From: Camelus dromedarius
Taxonomy: Eukaryota
Length of the DNA stretch: 64,000 bases
Assembly (NCBI RefSeq): GCF_036321535.1
Contig: NC_087445.1
Location: forward strand, 78,430,001-78,494,000
Direction: 5' to 3'
Shown here in pieces: positions 17,701 to 32,830 of this stretch. Position 1 is the first letter of the stretch. Each line of letters begins with the position of its first letter. The notes below the pieces were generated by a model that worked only from the letters and a program-made list of their open reading frames with translations, was not told the DNA's origin and did no database searches. Both the position numbers and the translations under genes were made by a program.

Positions 17701-20700
17701 GCTCATGTCCCTGCACGACCTGGATGTCGGCGACATCTGCTCCGTGGACCCCTGCCACAAGGTGGGGGCCTGCCTGCCCCTCTCCCTCGGACACTACGGT
17801 CCTAGCACCTGGGCTCTGACCGCTGCCTGCCTGGCCACCTGCCTGCACCGACCCCTCCACTGCCTCTGCCCACCTGCGGTGTCCTCTGAGCGCCTGACCC
17901 GGAGCCAGCTGCCCTACGTCTCCCTCCCTCGCCCGCTCCCCCTCTGCCTCCACTCCAGCCAGGGCAGGCCCTGCGGCCGCTCCTGGACCCTTGCTCTGCC
18001 TCCTGTGGTCTTTCCGGGGCCTCTGGCCTTTCCCTGCCCCAGGGCCCCCGGGGCTGCTCACCAGCGAGCTCCATGTTCCAGGAGCAGGGCTTTCTGCACT
18101 GCCCTTGTCCCAACATGGACACAGTGGGGCCAGAGGTGGTGTCACTCTGAGACCGCACTGCCCTTCCCCACAGTGGGGTCCCTGGAGAGGCCCTTAGAAC
18201 AAAACATGTATCTTGCTTCTTTCTTGTACCGCCTGACCTGTAGGGATTCAGGCCCTGGGCCAGTTTCCTTTGTGCCACCCTTTCCTGGTGCAGGCCGGGC
18301 CTGGGCCACGTGAAGGGGTGGGTCCCGAGGCTTCCTCAAGGCTCAGGCAGCGGTGGCACCTGGGCGAGGAGGTGAGGGTGAGTGCTGCCTGGAGGCCACG
18401 GTCTCCGGCACGTCCTGACTGCGCTTTCTCTCCACAGTTCACCTGGTGCCTGGACGCTTGCATCCGAGAGCGGTTCGTGGACAGCAAGAGGGCCCGAGAG
18501 CTGCAGGGGTTTCTTGACGGGGTGAAGAAGGGACAGGAGCAAGTCCTGGGGTAAGGGTTGGCCTGGTGTGGTGTCCCAGCCCCCCAGGGTCCTGTCCACA
18601 GGCTTCCGGTCGAGAATGCTGTGTCTGCAGTCGGGAGTGGGCTGTTTCTTCTGGCATGTCTTTAGGAAAACCGCCTGAGGGACGTGGCTGCTGGGGTCGA
18701 GGCTGTTGCGGTCTCGGGCAAGCTGAGTGCCTGGGCTGGGGCTCCGGTATCTGCAGTGATGTGGGGCTGCCTGCGGGCTGAGGGGCGGGTCCTCCGGGGG
18801 CCCGGCTCCCAGACGGCCCTCCCCGAGTGGGCTCTGCTTGGCCCGTCTCCGACTGCTTCTCCCTGGAGTCGTCCATGAGGGCACCTGGCTGAGTCTGTGG
18901 AGCCAGGTCACGTTCCCCAGACAAAACGGGACCTCAGGGTTTAAAAGCACGTCTGACTTCCAGCTTCCCGAGTCAGCTGAGGGCTGCGAGCCGTTTGAAA
19001 GCAGCCTGGGGTCAGGTGGCTTAGTCCGCGTGGGAGGGCCGTCTCCCCGGGTCGGGGCTCCCCTTGCTCACGCCGGGTTCATCCTCACAGGGACCTGTCC
19101 ATGATCCTGTGTGACCCCTTTGCCATCAACACCCTGTCCCTGAGCACCGTCAGGCACCTGCAGGAGCTGGTCGGCCAGGAGACGCTGCCCAGGGTGAGTG
19201 CCCCGCTGGCTGCACCCCGGCTCTGGTGGATGTGGGTGCGAACCCCAGGCATCCAGGTCTGCGCTGGCCTGGGTGGGCACACGTCTGACCAGCAGAGGGC
19301 AGGTGGAGCCTGTGAGAGAGCGGAAGTCCCGGGTAAGGGAGGCTCAGGTGAGCGCTTGCTGAGGCCCGTGTCCCTGCAGGACAGCCCTGACCTGCTGCTG
19401 CTGCTTCGGCTGCTGGCGCTGGGCCAGGGGGCGTGGGACATGATCGACAGCCAGGTCTTCAAGGAGCCCAGACTGGTAACAGGACCAGCGGGGGTCCTTC
19501 CTGCTGCCTTCTCAGCCCCACCGGCAGCGGAAGAGGAGGAGGAGGAGGAGGAGGGTGGCGCTTGCGGGGGCTGGGAAGGAGGCCCTGCCCCCAGGCCCAC
19601 ACCGGGGTAGGGGCAGGCAGGCCGATGGAGGAAGGGGGCGAGGCCCAGGGACGGTGCAGGACAGAGCTCTCTGGCCTCCGCCCCAGGAGGTGGAGCTCAT
19701 CACCAGGTTCTTGCCCACGCTGATGTCCTTCGTGGTGGACGACCACACCTTCAACGTGGATCAGAAGCTCCCGGCTGAGGAGAAAGCTCCGGTCACATAC
19801 CCAAACACGCTCCCAGAGAGTTTCACTAAGTACGGGCTCCGGGCGCCACTGGGCGGGGGGGTGGCAGTGGTGCTCCCCAGGGCTGACAGGTGTGGGGTGG
19901 GGGGCAGGTTCCTGCAGGAGCAGCGCATGGCCTGCGAGGTGGGGCTGTACTACGTGCTGCACATCACTAAGCAGAGGAACAAGAACGCGCTCCTCCGCCT
20001 GCTGCCGGGGCTGGGTGAGTCTGCGGGGCTCGGGGCGTCTGCGGGGTTCCGGGAGTCTGTGGGCAGCGCCTTCGTCCTGCCTGCCCTCTGCCCACTGCCT
20101 GCCTCCCGCGCTAGGTCTTTGTCCCCGGTGCTTATTCGGGTACAAAAGCGGCAGGAACTCAGCGGTGCCCTTCCACAGGCACCCTCTTCTCATCACAGTC
20201 CACATTTGTGGAAGAGCCACCATAACCTTTTCCTAACTGGTGAGGGGGGTGGAGTCCCTCAAGTCCTCAGACAATCGAGAGAGCCCCGCCAGCAAGGTGG
20301 TGAGGAGGCCGCTTCCCTGGGAACCTCTGGCCGAGCCGGGTGGGGGCAGAGGTGTTGCCACACGCTAGGAGGAAGAGGGAGGGGTCTGAGTGGATCCCTT
20401 CAAGAGTCAGCTGCAGGTTGAGTCGGGGTAGGAGCTTCTGGGAGCACCCAGCCTGCCCGCCACACAGCAGGTCCAGGGCCTCCTCACAGATTTTCTCTGG
20501 GATGTTGTGGCTTTTTTTTGCGTAAAGGTCTCACGCGTTACTTGCTAAGGGTGCTTCTGAATCATCAATGTGTCTGACGGTGGTGCACGTGCTGTTTCCT
20601 GACTTACCTGTGTGGAGGATGCTGTATTTGTGGGTGTTAATTTGCCCAGCCGCCATCTAACTGAACAACACGAACTTATTCTTGTGGTGCTGGAGGTCAG

Positions 20701-22950
20701 AAGTCTGCAAGGACTCTCCCAGGGCTAAAGTCAAGGTGCGGGCAGGCTGGCTTCTCCTGGAGACTCCAGGGAGGGTCCCGTTTCCCTGTCTCCTCCAGCC
20801 TCCCGCTTCTCCCGTCCTCGGGTCTCTCTCTGACTCTGGCCCTCCCACCTCCTCACCCAAGGCCCCTGCGCGGCCTGGGGGCCCAGCCGGGCTGTGCAGG
20901 ACTGGCCCCCGCCCTCCTGCTTAGGTGGCGCGTTCGCAGGCTCTGGGTCAGGCGTGGGCGCCTCTCTGGCTAGAGCGTGTCTGTTTTTGGAGGCTTCCGG
21001 GGGTGCAGTCGAAAGGAACCTTGATTTGCCTCATCCTTCCTATTCGGTTTCAAATGTTTGCACACGTCTTGTTGAATTGTGTCCGTGGGAACGGGGTGTC
21101 CTGTGAGAGGAGCATCGGTGTCCACCAGGCACGCGCTGCCGCCGGCGGGCTGGGCTGCAGGTCTCCGCATTCAGGGAGGGCGCTCTTGTTTCTCTGTGTT
21201 ATTAGTACATTCTGGGAAGGACAGGTGTCAGGCTTTACATTCTCTTCATTTTTTGTCTTTATTTTGGGGATTTTGGGTAAAGTCAGAAGTAAAGAGCACG
21301 GGGCAGCGAGGCCCAGTGCCCATCGCCCACCTCTGTGGGGTCCACAGATGCCACCGTCCCCTCGGTGATGGCCCCAGCCGGCATCTCGACTAAAGATGGA
21401 TGCTCTAACCTACCACGACCGCGGCTGAGCTTATTCTGGGTCTAGGTTCCGGAGGTGGCCATGCTCCCAGGACTGTCATAGCATCTTTGTGCAGATGGCT
21501 TGTTCAAATCAGGGTTCAGACGAGGGCCCCCTCCACCTTGCTTCTCCTGGCTGCCTCGGGTCTCTCGCGGTCTGTAGGGCTACTTGGGGTTTGTTGGCTG
21601 AACCGGGGCATTTGTTCTCCAGGCGGGACTTTGGTGGTGGCATCCCTTGGTGACTGTGAGGCCAGCCAGGACTGGCCAGCTAAGCGGTGGGGCACACCCC
21701 GTGGTGCCGCGGCCCCGCCCGGCGTTGGGTGCACTGTGGGCTCAGGGGACGTCTCAGATCCTTGGTCAGAGTCCCCTGTTGGCGGTTCTGTAGCAGCTGC
21801 CACAGCCACCTGCCTGGGTGTGTGTGCCCACACGGCCTGCCGGCTGTGCACACAGGCAGCCCTGTCCCTGGTGACCAGTGCGACTCCTCAGTAGTTACTC
21901 TGGCTATCTCTTTTGAGTTTTGATGGTGCAGATTCAAAAAAGAAGGCCCATCTTTCTCTGTTCTCTCCTCTCAACCAGCACGGGCGGCGGTCTGGTGGGC
22001 TTGCTGGGCCGGCCCACAGCACTTCTCTGTTTTTCTGTAATTACTGGTCTGCTCAGGTTTCCCTCTGCTGGAGGCCACTCAGTCCTCGGTCCCCTGGCCA
22101 CAGGGCAGGGCTGTGTGTGATGGGATCTCACGCCCTCCCCCACCCCCGTGCTGTCGCCCTGCACCACTGCTGGCGCCCAGGCCCATGTCCGCCCCCCCAT
22201 CCTCAGAAGCTGGTGCTGCTTTGCCATCTTGTCACGATTCCCAGGGCCCGGGCCGGGCGCGGTGTGTGGATGGCAGGCCGGGCTGGGCCGACGCCTGCCA
22301 TGTTTGCAGTGGAGACCTTTGGTGACCTGGCGTTCAGTGACATCTTTTTGCATCTGCTCACGGGGAACCTGGCGCTGCTGGCTGACGAATTCGCCCTGGA
22401 GGACTTCTGCAGCAGCCTCTTCGACGGCTTCCTCCTCACCGCCTCCCCGAGGTACCGTCCTCTTGATTCACATCCATGGCAGCCAGGGCGGTGGGGTCAG
22501 AGTGCCAGGCACGGTTGGGGAGGGTGGGTGGTTCTGTGAGCACCTGCAGCCCAGCCCCGCACGGCCTCTTCCAGGAAAGAGAACGTGCAGCGGCACGTGC
22601 TGAGGCTCCTCATCCACCTGCACCACCGGGTGGCCCCGTCCAAGCTGGAAGCCCTGCAGAAGGCGCTGGAGCCCACGGGCCAGGTGAGTGCCCCTCTCCA
22701 GCCCGCACCCCTGTTGCTGGCCCGACCCTGCCCATGTGTGTGTCATCTGGGCGCATGCACCAAGCGGCCTGGGCGGCCCCAGAACCCTGCGCTTTTCCTA
22801 CAGAGCGGAGAGGCGGTGAAGGAACTTTATTCCCAGCTCGGTGAGAAGCTGGAGCAGCTGGACCATCGGAAGCCTAGCCCAGCCCAGGCCCCAGAGGCCC
22901 CAGCCCTGGAGCTACCTCTCCCCACCGTGTCTGCCCCAGCTGTGCTCTGA
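14372..22950 (+). CDS. NELFB: Negative elongation factor B (COBRA1). Exon 1 about 14372..14605 (partly N; start inferred at CTG), then 14944..15107, 15314..15413, 15807..16037, 17576..17761, 18438..18550, 19091..19193, 19380..19475, 19687..19829, 19908..20014, 22310..22451, 22575..22683, 22804..22950
   Basis: TENGVLLPSLQSALPFLDLHGTPRLEFHQSVFDELRDKLLERV, VPEKKLKLVMADK, KNVKLYDMVLQFLRTLFLRTRNVHYCTLRAELLMSLHD, through LELPLPTVSAPAVL*. All visible junctions GT-AG and in phase. The first AUG and the exon-1 donor fall in N gap 14479-14618. Confidence 0.95.
20655..20830. mobile_element. MLT1-type (MaLR) LTR fragment in NELFB intron 10
   Basis: aacaacacgaacttattct...ggaggtcagaagtc...ctaaagtcaaggtg...cagg resembles the MLT1 consensus. 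Confidence 0.5.
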
Positions 22951-23634
22951 GGCTCCGCCTGGGGCTGCTCAGGGGTGGGTGGGGCCCCTGGACCAGTGAG
23001 AGCCAGGACCCGGCTCTCCTAGAGGCAGAGGACGGTTCACAGCACAGTGGGTGGGCTGAGCTAGACCCCCGGGGCCGTCCTGTGGGCAGGGCACCCCTGC
23101 TCTGCGCCTCAGCCTCTCCTAGAACTGGGTCCCAGGAAGTGTGTGCCTTCTGTGTGACTGTGACCTGTGTCCCTGCTGCTGTGAGCCCCTGGCCGGCTCC
23201 GTGGTGCCGCAGGCCCTGCTCTGTGTCTGCCACACCCCACCTGGCCCTGGGCATCCGAGCCACGGGAGCTTCTGTTTTTTCCTGCCTTGCGGTGTGGTTT
23301 CTGCTGTTGCTGGTCAGACAAGGGCAATAGTTGAAATTAGAAAAAAGCCACCCGTTTTCCAAGGGGAGAGGGCAGGGTCCCAGGCCAGAGGCGGTGAAGG
23401 CGGGCAGTGAAGGCGGGTGGGCAGGGTTGACACAGATCGACAGGATCATGTGGTTGCTGGCCAGGTGCCACAGGTGAAGTCCAGCCCTGCCCTCTTGCAG
23501 GAGCGCCTCCCCGGTGACAACCCCGTGTAGCAGGCATGGCAGAGGGAGGCCCCACCCTGCTGCGCTGGGCTTGCTCCTTCTTGCTCGGCTGCAGGGTCTC
23601 GGCTGTTGCACATAGTGAGACTTTTACTTACGTA

Positions 23635-23640
23635 AATAAA
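23635..23640 (+). terminator. NELFB AATAAA poly(A) signal
   Basis: First AATAAA after the stop (685 nt downstream), followed by U/GU-rich sequence. Confidence 0.8.
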
Positions 23641-26539
23641 AGGCATTTTGGTAAATCCACAGTGAGCTGTTTACATGCATGCCCGAGGCTGGCAGCAGTG
23701 CAGGCTGGGTGGCCGCTCTCCTGGCTTTTCTGTCTTTGTGGGCACCGTCAGGATGCCCAGCCCTGCCCAGGACAGCAGCCGTGGGTGGTGAGGCTTGGGC
23801 CTGGCTGCACTTGGGGCCACGAGACTGGACTCATTTGGCGCTGGGTGGGCCCTAGCTCCCATCGTCAGTGGTGACAATACTGGAGGTCAGGCTGCGTGGA
23901 GGTCACCGTGACCTTGACAGGCACAGCTCTGCAGGTGGAAGGACAGAAGGAGGGAATGATTGGAGACCCCGGTAGAGACGAAGACTGGGGAAAGTAGGGA
24001 CCTGGGGGCATGGGTGTTGGGGGCCACAGGAACCGGTATGGGAGAAACACGTTTGTGTTTGGTGGCAATGACCCAGTGAGTGAAAAGTAGACAGGGTGGT
24101 GGGGTGGCTGGAGTGTCACGGAGTGGGTGGGAGCAGGCGGTGCCAGGGCCCACGGGGCTTCCCGGGAGCAGGGAAGGCAGATCTGGGGGTACAGACGCTG
24201 AAGGTCCCCTTCCAGCTGCTGCTTTTTTCCTCTAGGAAGCAGGGAGCCAGGTCCCAGGCTGGGGGGCAGGACTGGGTGGAGCCGGGGCCAAGGAGAGAGG
24301 ACAAGGAAGGAACTTGGCTGTGGGAGGAGCGAGTGAGTGGATGGACAGGGACCCGCGTGACCCACCTGAGGCTCACAGTCGGGACAAAGACCAGTCAGTG
24401 CAGCCAGGCTCCTCCAGCCCAGATGAAGGGAACAGGGACTGGAGGCCCCAGTGGGTGGGGGCTTGTTGGGTGGAGGGTATGAGCTGCAAGGATGGGGTGG
24501 GGGCTTCAGTCATGGGCAACGGAGAGCCCTGGGAGGGACGGGGGTAGGAGGCAGCTGAGCCCAGGGGCCCTGGGAGGCTGTGAGGTGGGAATCCTGAGAC
24601 CAGACAGCGACCCCAGCAGCCGTGGGGAAATGAGGGAGGTCTGGTCTGAGGAAGAGAGCGACCACGCTGGGGATTCGGTAAGGGGAGGGGCCTGTGTGTG
24701 GTGGGGGAACCTGTCCACCTCCAGGCCAGCAGTTTGGGAGCCTTGGAGCCCCAATGGGCTGTTGGGGTTGGCAGTGTGGGCAGCGAGGTGAAGAGGCTAC
24801 AGAGAAGAAGTTGAAGACGTGGACCTGAATTCGGGGCTGGGGCTGGATCACGGGGCCCGCGCTGGATGAGGGTGTGACGGGAGGCCCCCCAGAGTAGAGC
24901 ATGGGGTGGGTGGGATTAGTCCTTCAGCAGGGAGAGGTGGGGTCCTGGGGCCCCCTTCACCGCTGGAGACGGGGGAGAAAGCACAGAGGAGGCAAGGCCT
25001 CAGCACAGACCTCAGGTTCACCCTTGACCCCACTGAGGGTAGGCCCTCCGAGGAAGGACTTTTTTGACTACTGCTACACCCTGCGTACAAGCCCCCTCTT
25101 CCCCGCAGCGATGGGGCTCTGGACCCTAGAGGGTTCGGCAGAAGCAACTGCTGATCAATCAGAGCTAGGACTGATCCCCCGTCCCCAACCCCAGCAATGC
25201 CTTCAAGGTCCCCCCTGGGGTCTGCCCTGTGTCAGAAGACATGGACATTATAGGAAGCTTGAGAGCCATGGGGCACCAGCAGGGGCCTGGACAGATGTTT
25301 TTCTGTCCTGGTCCCTGGAAGGCCTGGGTATGGGCTGAAAGCACCTCCAGGCTACTGGGGGATGAGGTATTCATAAGTGCCTGCACAGTGAAGGGCAGCG
25401 AGTCCCAGGGAGCCAGGCCCCCAGCTGGAGAGGAGGATGCAGAGAAGCAGTGGTTTCTGTGTGGTGATCCTGCCCCAGGGCAGTGGGCAGATGGACAGAC
25501 AGGAACTCCCACGTGCCGACAAGAAGCCATGAATTCTATATTTTGGGGAGCACAGGCACCCCCGAGCCCATGACCATTTGCCTGATGTGGGTCATGCAGG
25601 GAGGTGGAGGAAAGCTGAGAGAGAGGAGAGAGATTCGCTGGGCAGAGGGACTCCTGTGGGCAAAGGTGTGGAGGATGAAGCATAGGGATGCCAGGAGGAT
25701 GGGGGCCACGGGCAGGGTAGAATCTGGGGGGTACTCAGGACTGCCAGCACCAGCGGGACAGTTGGGCACAGAGCCGGGACTGATTTGGGGGCATTACTGG
25801 CTGGCAGACCTGCTCTTTGGTGAGAGGCTTCCAGGTTGGGCCGGAGGGAGAGGAGCTGAGGGTCAATCAAGCAGGCAGGAATGGCAGTGGGGGCAGGGCC
25901 ACAGGAAGCTGGTGGCGGGGAAGGGTCCAGACCCTCCATCTGCAAACTCTTGGCCCAAGTTCTTTCCAAATTTGCACTCCCGCCAGGGCCCTGGGCCACA
26001 CGAGGGGGTCCTTCCCAAGTTCCAGAGCTTCTGTCCCAGTGTGGGCTGCCTGTCCTTGGGGGGCTCGAGGCTGGGGTACAGAGGAAGAGAAAGGGGGAGA
26101 TGGGGCCGATGGAGCCCCAGGCCCTGGTAGAAAAGGAGAAGGAAATAAGCCCCACTCTGTGGGCCCCCAGGGTGGGGTGTGGAAAGGGGGAACAGGGAGG
26201 GTTGGGGGAACCCCCAGCTGCGGAGAACCCCACCTGCCCTCTTTGCGCTTGCTGCCAGTCAACCTGCACACCTAGCCCCACCTCTTCTCCGTGGACTCCG
26301 TGGGGAGTCAGGTGAAGGAGATACCCTGGGAGGTGGGGGTCCGTGCAGGGTACACTGGGGTGCAAGGGCACATGGGATCCTAGGGGAGGCGAGGCCCTCA
26401 GCCTCACAGGGTGTCCTGGGCCTGGACTGAGCCTGGAGGACTGGGAGGGCTGCAGGGCAGAGGGTAGGTGACCCATGGCCGTGGCCAGGGGACCTGGGAG
26501 AGCCCGTCAGGCCTCCCCCTCTGGCGCCTCCGTCCAGCC

Positions 26540-26640
26540 TAAGTCCCGCCCGTGCCGCACCCCTGACTCACTTCCTTTGCACAGAAGCGGAAACCTCCCC
26601 AGAGCTTCCTCCGCTCCGGACGCTCCCCAGGGACCCGCAG
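26540..26640 (+). promoter_or_regulatory. Probable TOR4A promoter and non-coding exon 1
   Basis: GC box, fused AP-1/ETS TGACTCACTTCCT (26564-26576) and donor CAG|GTGTCG at 26640/26641. Matching acceptor ttctcgttgcag at 27549. Confidence 0.55.
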
Positions 26641-27073
26641 GTGTCGCTACCCCTCCAAGCTTGAGCTGACCCAGTGAGGCTCCTGACCCCACCTCGACCC
26701 TCACCAGGAAGCCTGGACATTCTGCTTCCTGAGTGGCAGGGCCCGGTGTCTGGTGTGGGCAGGGGGCTGCCCTGCGGGGCTGGGGGCCAGCAAGAGCCTG
26801 GCCTGACCTGACGCAGCTGCAGGTACGGGGGTGTCAGGGGCCGGGGCATCCATTGCACCTTTCTCCAGCTGTCTCCTCACTAGCTTTATCCTTCGTCCGG
26901 ATCTTACCTTTCTGTCCGTCTTTTCACCCCACCCCCACCCGTCTCTCAGGGGCTCCCTGTCACCCTCTCCATTAGTGTGTTCACTGGAGGGATGTGGGGA
27001 GGATCCTAATTTGGGGGCTGGAAGCCTGGGCTCAGCTTGGGGTCAGGGCTAGAGCCCATTCTCAAAAGCGTAA

Positions 27074-28837
<1,764 letters not shown>

Positions 28838-28938
28838 CCCAGGCGCAGCTGGACGCAGTGGACGCCGGCAGGCACGACGGGGCGTGGCAGTAGGAGGGAG
28901 GGGACCCTATGGATTTGCCCTAGGCTTCTGAGGCCCCT

Positions 28939-28944
28939 AATAAA
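28939..28944 (+). terminator. Proximal AATAAA after TOR4A (distal candidate at 31123-31128)
   Basis: AATAAA about 100 nt after the stop; further AATAAA at 31123 and 32087. Confidence 0.45.
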
Positions 28945-31900
28945 TCTGTCCATGGCCCCTGGCTGGTTACACTGGGACCTGGGGAGGCTGGTGGGCTGGG
29001 TCAACTCTGAGCTCCTTCCAGTTCCAACCCCCTACAGCCCCAGGGGGCCACCTGCCGGTTCAGCCCCACTGTCCCACATCGCAAGCACTCTAGCAGGTGG
29101 GCAGCCTTTCCCCACGATACAGAGGATGGGTGACCACAGAGGGGGTGCAGACGCCAGGGTCACACAGCTGGTTCCCTGCAGCACTGATGTGGTCATGCAG
29201 CGGCAGCCAACACACACACCTACTCACAGGGTCATAGCCCAACCTTCCGCACACGTGCTCACCCTGGGGGCCTAAAGTCTCAGATGCTTCTCCACCGCAA
29301 GCATCATGGGGGATCTGCCTGGATTTCTCACAGCCTCAGGCAAAGGGATAGGTGAGGGCTCCACCCAATGAGCTGATCCAGTGGGATCCTGACTCCTCTG
29401 GAAGGGGGCCTCTCAGGGTGGCAGCAGCAGGAGATGGGTCCAAGTTGGGGGCCCTGACCACCAATTTGCTCCAAGGTGCTGAACTGGAGGGGCGGCATCT
29501 GAGTAGGGATCCTGGAGACTCAACTGCAGGGAAGCAGAACCCTGGCCGCCACTGCTTCCCAGGCCTGAGTGGGGCCTGCCGTCCCGGCTCCTCTCCAGGC
29601 ATGCAGCCCCTCCACCCACCCTCGCTCTGCAGGTCCATGGCTCCCAAAGCAGGATTGCAGGCGTCATGCCCACTGCCTGGGGCAGGGTGAGTGCCAAGTT
29701 TTGGGACACCTCCTGCATGGGCTCCCAAGAGGGTCGGGGAGGCCTCAGTGTTGTCGCCTGATGGGCACACTGGTCAGCATGGACCAACCCACCCAGGAAC
29801 AAGGCACAGCCTGGGGGCTTGGGGAACACCAGCACCACAACTGGGCAACAACACATCCCAAGGGAGGGCTGAGGGGAGGGCCGGTCGCAGTGGGGACACC
29901 CCAAGGATGAAGTGGGCTGAGCAAGGAGCTCTAGCCCCCCTGCCTCTGAACTCAGCCCAACCCCTCCCCTCCCCTGGACCTCAAGGACAACAGAGCCACT
30001 GGCAGGCTGGTTCCCAGAGGGCCAGTGTAATTAGAGCTCCTCCCCACCACCCATTCTCTCCCTGGTGGTTCTGCTGACCTGGGGGTCTGAGGTCTGTCAG
30101 AGGGGGAGGGAGAGTGAGCCCTCCTGCCCCTGGAGTCTGTCCCAGGACAGGAAGCAGCTGGCCTGGCAGGCCAGTTCCTGGGTCCAGGACAGGAAGGGTG
30201 GGGAGGAGGCACGTCCTGCCCAGAAGGACCAGATGCCTCTCAGCTCCAGGGCTCCCTGGGGGCGGCAGGGGGTGAGGTGGGGGGATTTGGCCAGTTTGCA
30301 AGATGGTTCTAAACCAGGAGCCAGAGATGAAGGTACCCAGCTGAACAGCCAGTGGGATGTCGGGTGGTGTTTGCTGTGGCCAGTGTGCTTGCCCTTTAGT
30401 GTATGTAACTGGGTCTCTGCTTCCCCAGAGGCATCTAACCACTTGCAGCAAGACGAGTTTACGATTGCAGACACCTCTCAGCAAGCAGGTGATCACAGGC
30501 TGCGTGGTTACCCAAAACCACTGTGACCAGAATGTGGAGTGACGGTCGCCCAGCTGAAACTGCGCGGGCTCCAGGGTCAGCTGGCTCTCCTAGGCTCCTG
30601 ATCCCTGGTTCGCTGGCGCTCACTCCCACCCTTGGGGGGAAAGCTGTCCCTACGGAGGCAAAGCCAGGACTGCTTATGCCTCCTAGAAGTTCTCGCTCAA
30701 GGCAGTTATAAAGGGTTAATGGGACGGATCCATATGAGGCTTCTGTTCAGTGATGTAGGGAGAACGGGACAGTGAATATGGCGGGGCACACTGCCCTGTG
30801 CTCTCCGGCCAGCAAGGCAACAGGTTGCCCAAACATAAGGGCCACTCACAGACCTTCCACATATGGAAGTGTGACGGGGGGTGTACGCACATAAAGCCCC
30901 CACACGAGTGATGGTACCTGCAGATTCCTTCATTGGCATAGAGGTGCCGGCATCACTTAGCAAGGCTCAGAGATTTTGTTACACAACAAGAAGCTACCTG
31001 ACAGATGTGTCAGCAAGTTCACAGGTCACTCAACTTGCATTGGCAACTCCGCAGAGCTTTTCATGCAAATATTCAAAAGAACTTGTTTTTCTGTCCCAGG
31101 GGTGGGTCAACTTGGAGCAAAGAATAAATTTAGGTGGACTTGGCTCCCTAACTCTATAAAGCAGGCCCACAGAACAACCTGGACAGACAACAGCATCTGG
31201 AACCTCGGTGGGACTACTCACAGGGTGAGCCAGGAGCCCTTGCTGTCCTGGACGGGCTAGGGTTTCTGGTGGCAAATCCAGCAGTCAGAGAGGGTCCCCC
31301 TTTCTCCAGGGCCTGGGACATATGAGCGAGGGTGTTGTGCTTCCGTGGGAGGGAGGGAAGAAGCCAGTTGAGGGACAGTATTGAAATCAAGATGTACAGG
31401 CCTGGTCCGGGCATCTTGGGAAAGCTGCTGGCCCCAGACAGCCTCTGTTCCAGGTCCTAACAGGCTTTATCTTCAGGTGGCCAGACAGGGCGCAGGTCCA
31501 GTGGGGCTTGGTGCCTCCTTTACGTGTGACACTGGATCCCGGATTCCATTCCCTGGAGTTTGGTGACACAGGCTTAGTCAACAGGACCAGTAGGGCCCTT
31601 CTGCCGAGGGTGGAAAGAGTCCTCTTGGAGGTGCCTTTTCCAGTGCACAGAACCTTCAGGCTGTGGAGTGTGCTGTTTGGAGTCTCCATCTCCCGGGAGC
31701 GCACTGCAAAAGGAATGCTCTCCCAGGGCCTGGTTACTTTCAGTAGATGCAATTTTAGACTTTTGTGCATGTTTGGAAGCTTGCAGGTACCAAAGAAAAT
31801 ATACCATTCATTCTGTGTAATTTTACAGCACAGTCCTCCAATTAGGTCCTAAGAAAAAACGAATTTGGGAAGATCGGAAGTTCCCCGTAATGGCCATTGC

Positions 31901-32374
31901 AATTCTGAATTACTTTTAATTTGTTAGACCCACTTAGTTAAAAATGAGCATGTCAGGGTCCACAGCTTTTAAACATGAACCTGGCCAGAGTCCCTGGGGG
32001 AGGGCTGCCCTCAGAGCATCTCTTTTCCCTAAGTTCTCCTGGAAAGTCAAGAAAGTTGCTGGAGTCCTAGCCCAGATTCCAAAAGAAATAAAACAGATGA
32101 CTGGATTCTAGTTAGATTGATTCCCCCTAAAAGAATCTCACTATGCATGCCCCGGAAAAAAACTGAGTACCCACCGAGGATGAAGCCTTGAACCAGAAAA
32201 GATGAAACCTTTTCCCTGAAAGGACAAAACTTTTCCAGATCCTGAATAAAGTCAGAGAGCTCAAATGCAAACAGAGCAGTTTGGAATCCACAAGAAGAGA
32301 CTCACAGAAGTGATGAGCTTGAGGGGCTTGGTGTGGGTCCCTCACTCAGTTCCAGGGTCCCTTCACATCCCACT

Positions 32375-32830
32375 TCTGACACCATATATGTCAACTTGAA
32401 TACTATAATGGCTAGTTATTTTACCAGCAAAAGCGACTTTATTTGGAAATAGCAGAGGAACTATAGTTCAGGATATATGAACTGGGGCAGACCACAGTGA
32501 AATCAAGAAAACAGGGAGGAAGAACTTGCTTTTATAGGGAAAAGGGGGGGTGGGGAGGGGCTGTGACAACCAAAGAGCCCATACTTTGGACCCCAAAGGT
32601 TGGGCCACTGTGGTCTCTGATAGGTTGGGCCATCCTGGGAGAAGAAGAGAGAAGTTCCCTTCCTCCTCCGGAATGGTTAGTAGAGGCGCTCTCCTGTCCA
32701 GAATGTAGGCGAGATCCCTTCCTGTTTGGGGTAATTGACATGCATGGTGGATGCAGGAGTGTCCCCTACAGGCTTGTCCTGACTTCCACTTCGGCTGAAG
32801 TTTCTATAATCCTTTCATCCACGTTTTAAG
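32375..32830 (-). mobile_element. ERV1-type LTR fragment
   Basis: tgtcaactt...actttatttgg...cttttatagg layout (poly(A) signal and TATA on - strand) resembles artiodactyl ERV1 LTRs. Confidence 0.45.

Noticed and set aside
19531-19553. (GAG)n read as a poly-Glu coding tract
   Set aside because: Lies in NELFB intron 8, after the donor at 19476.
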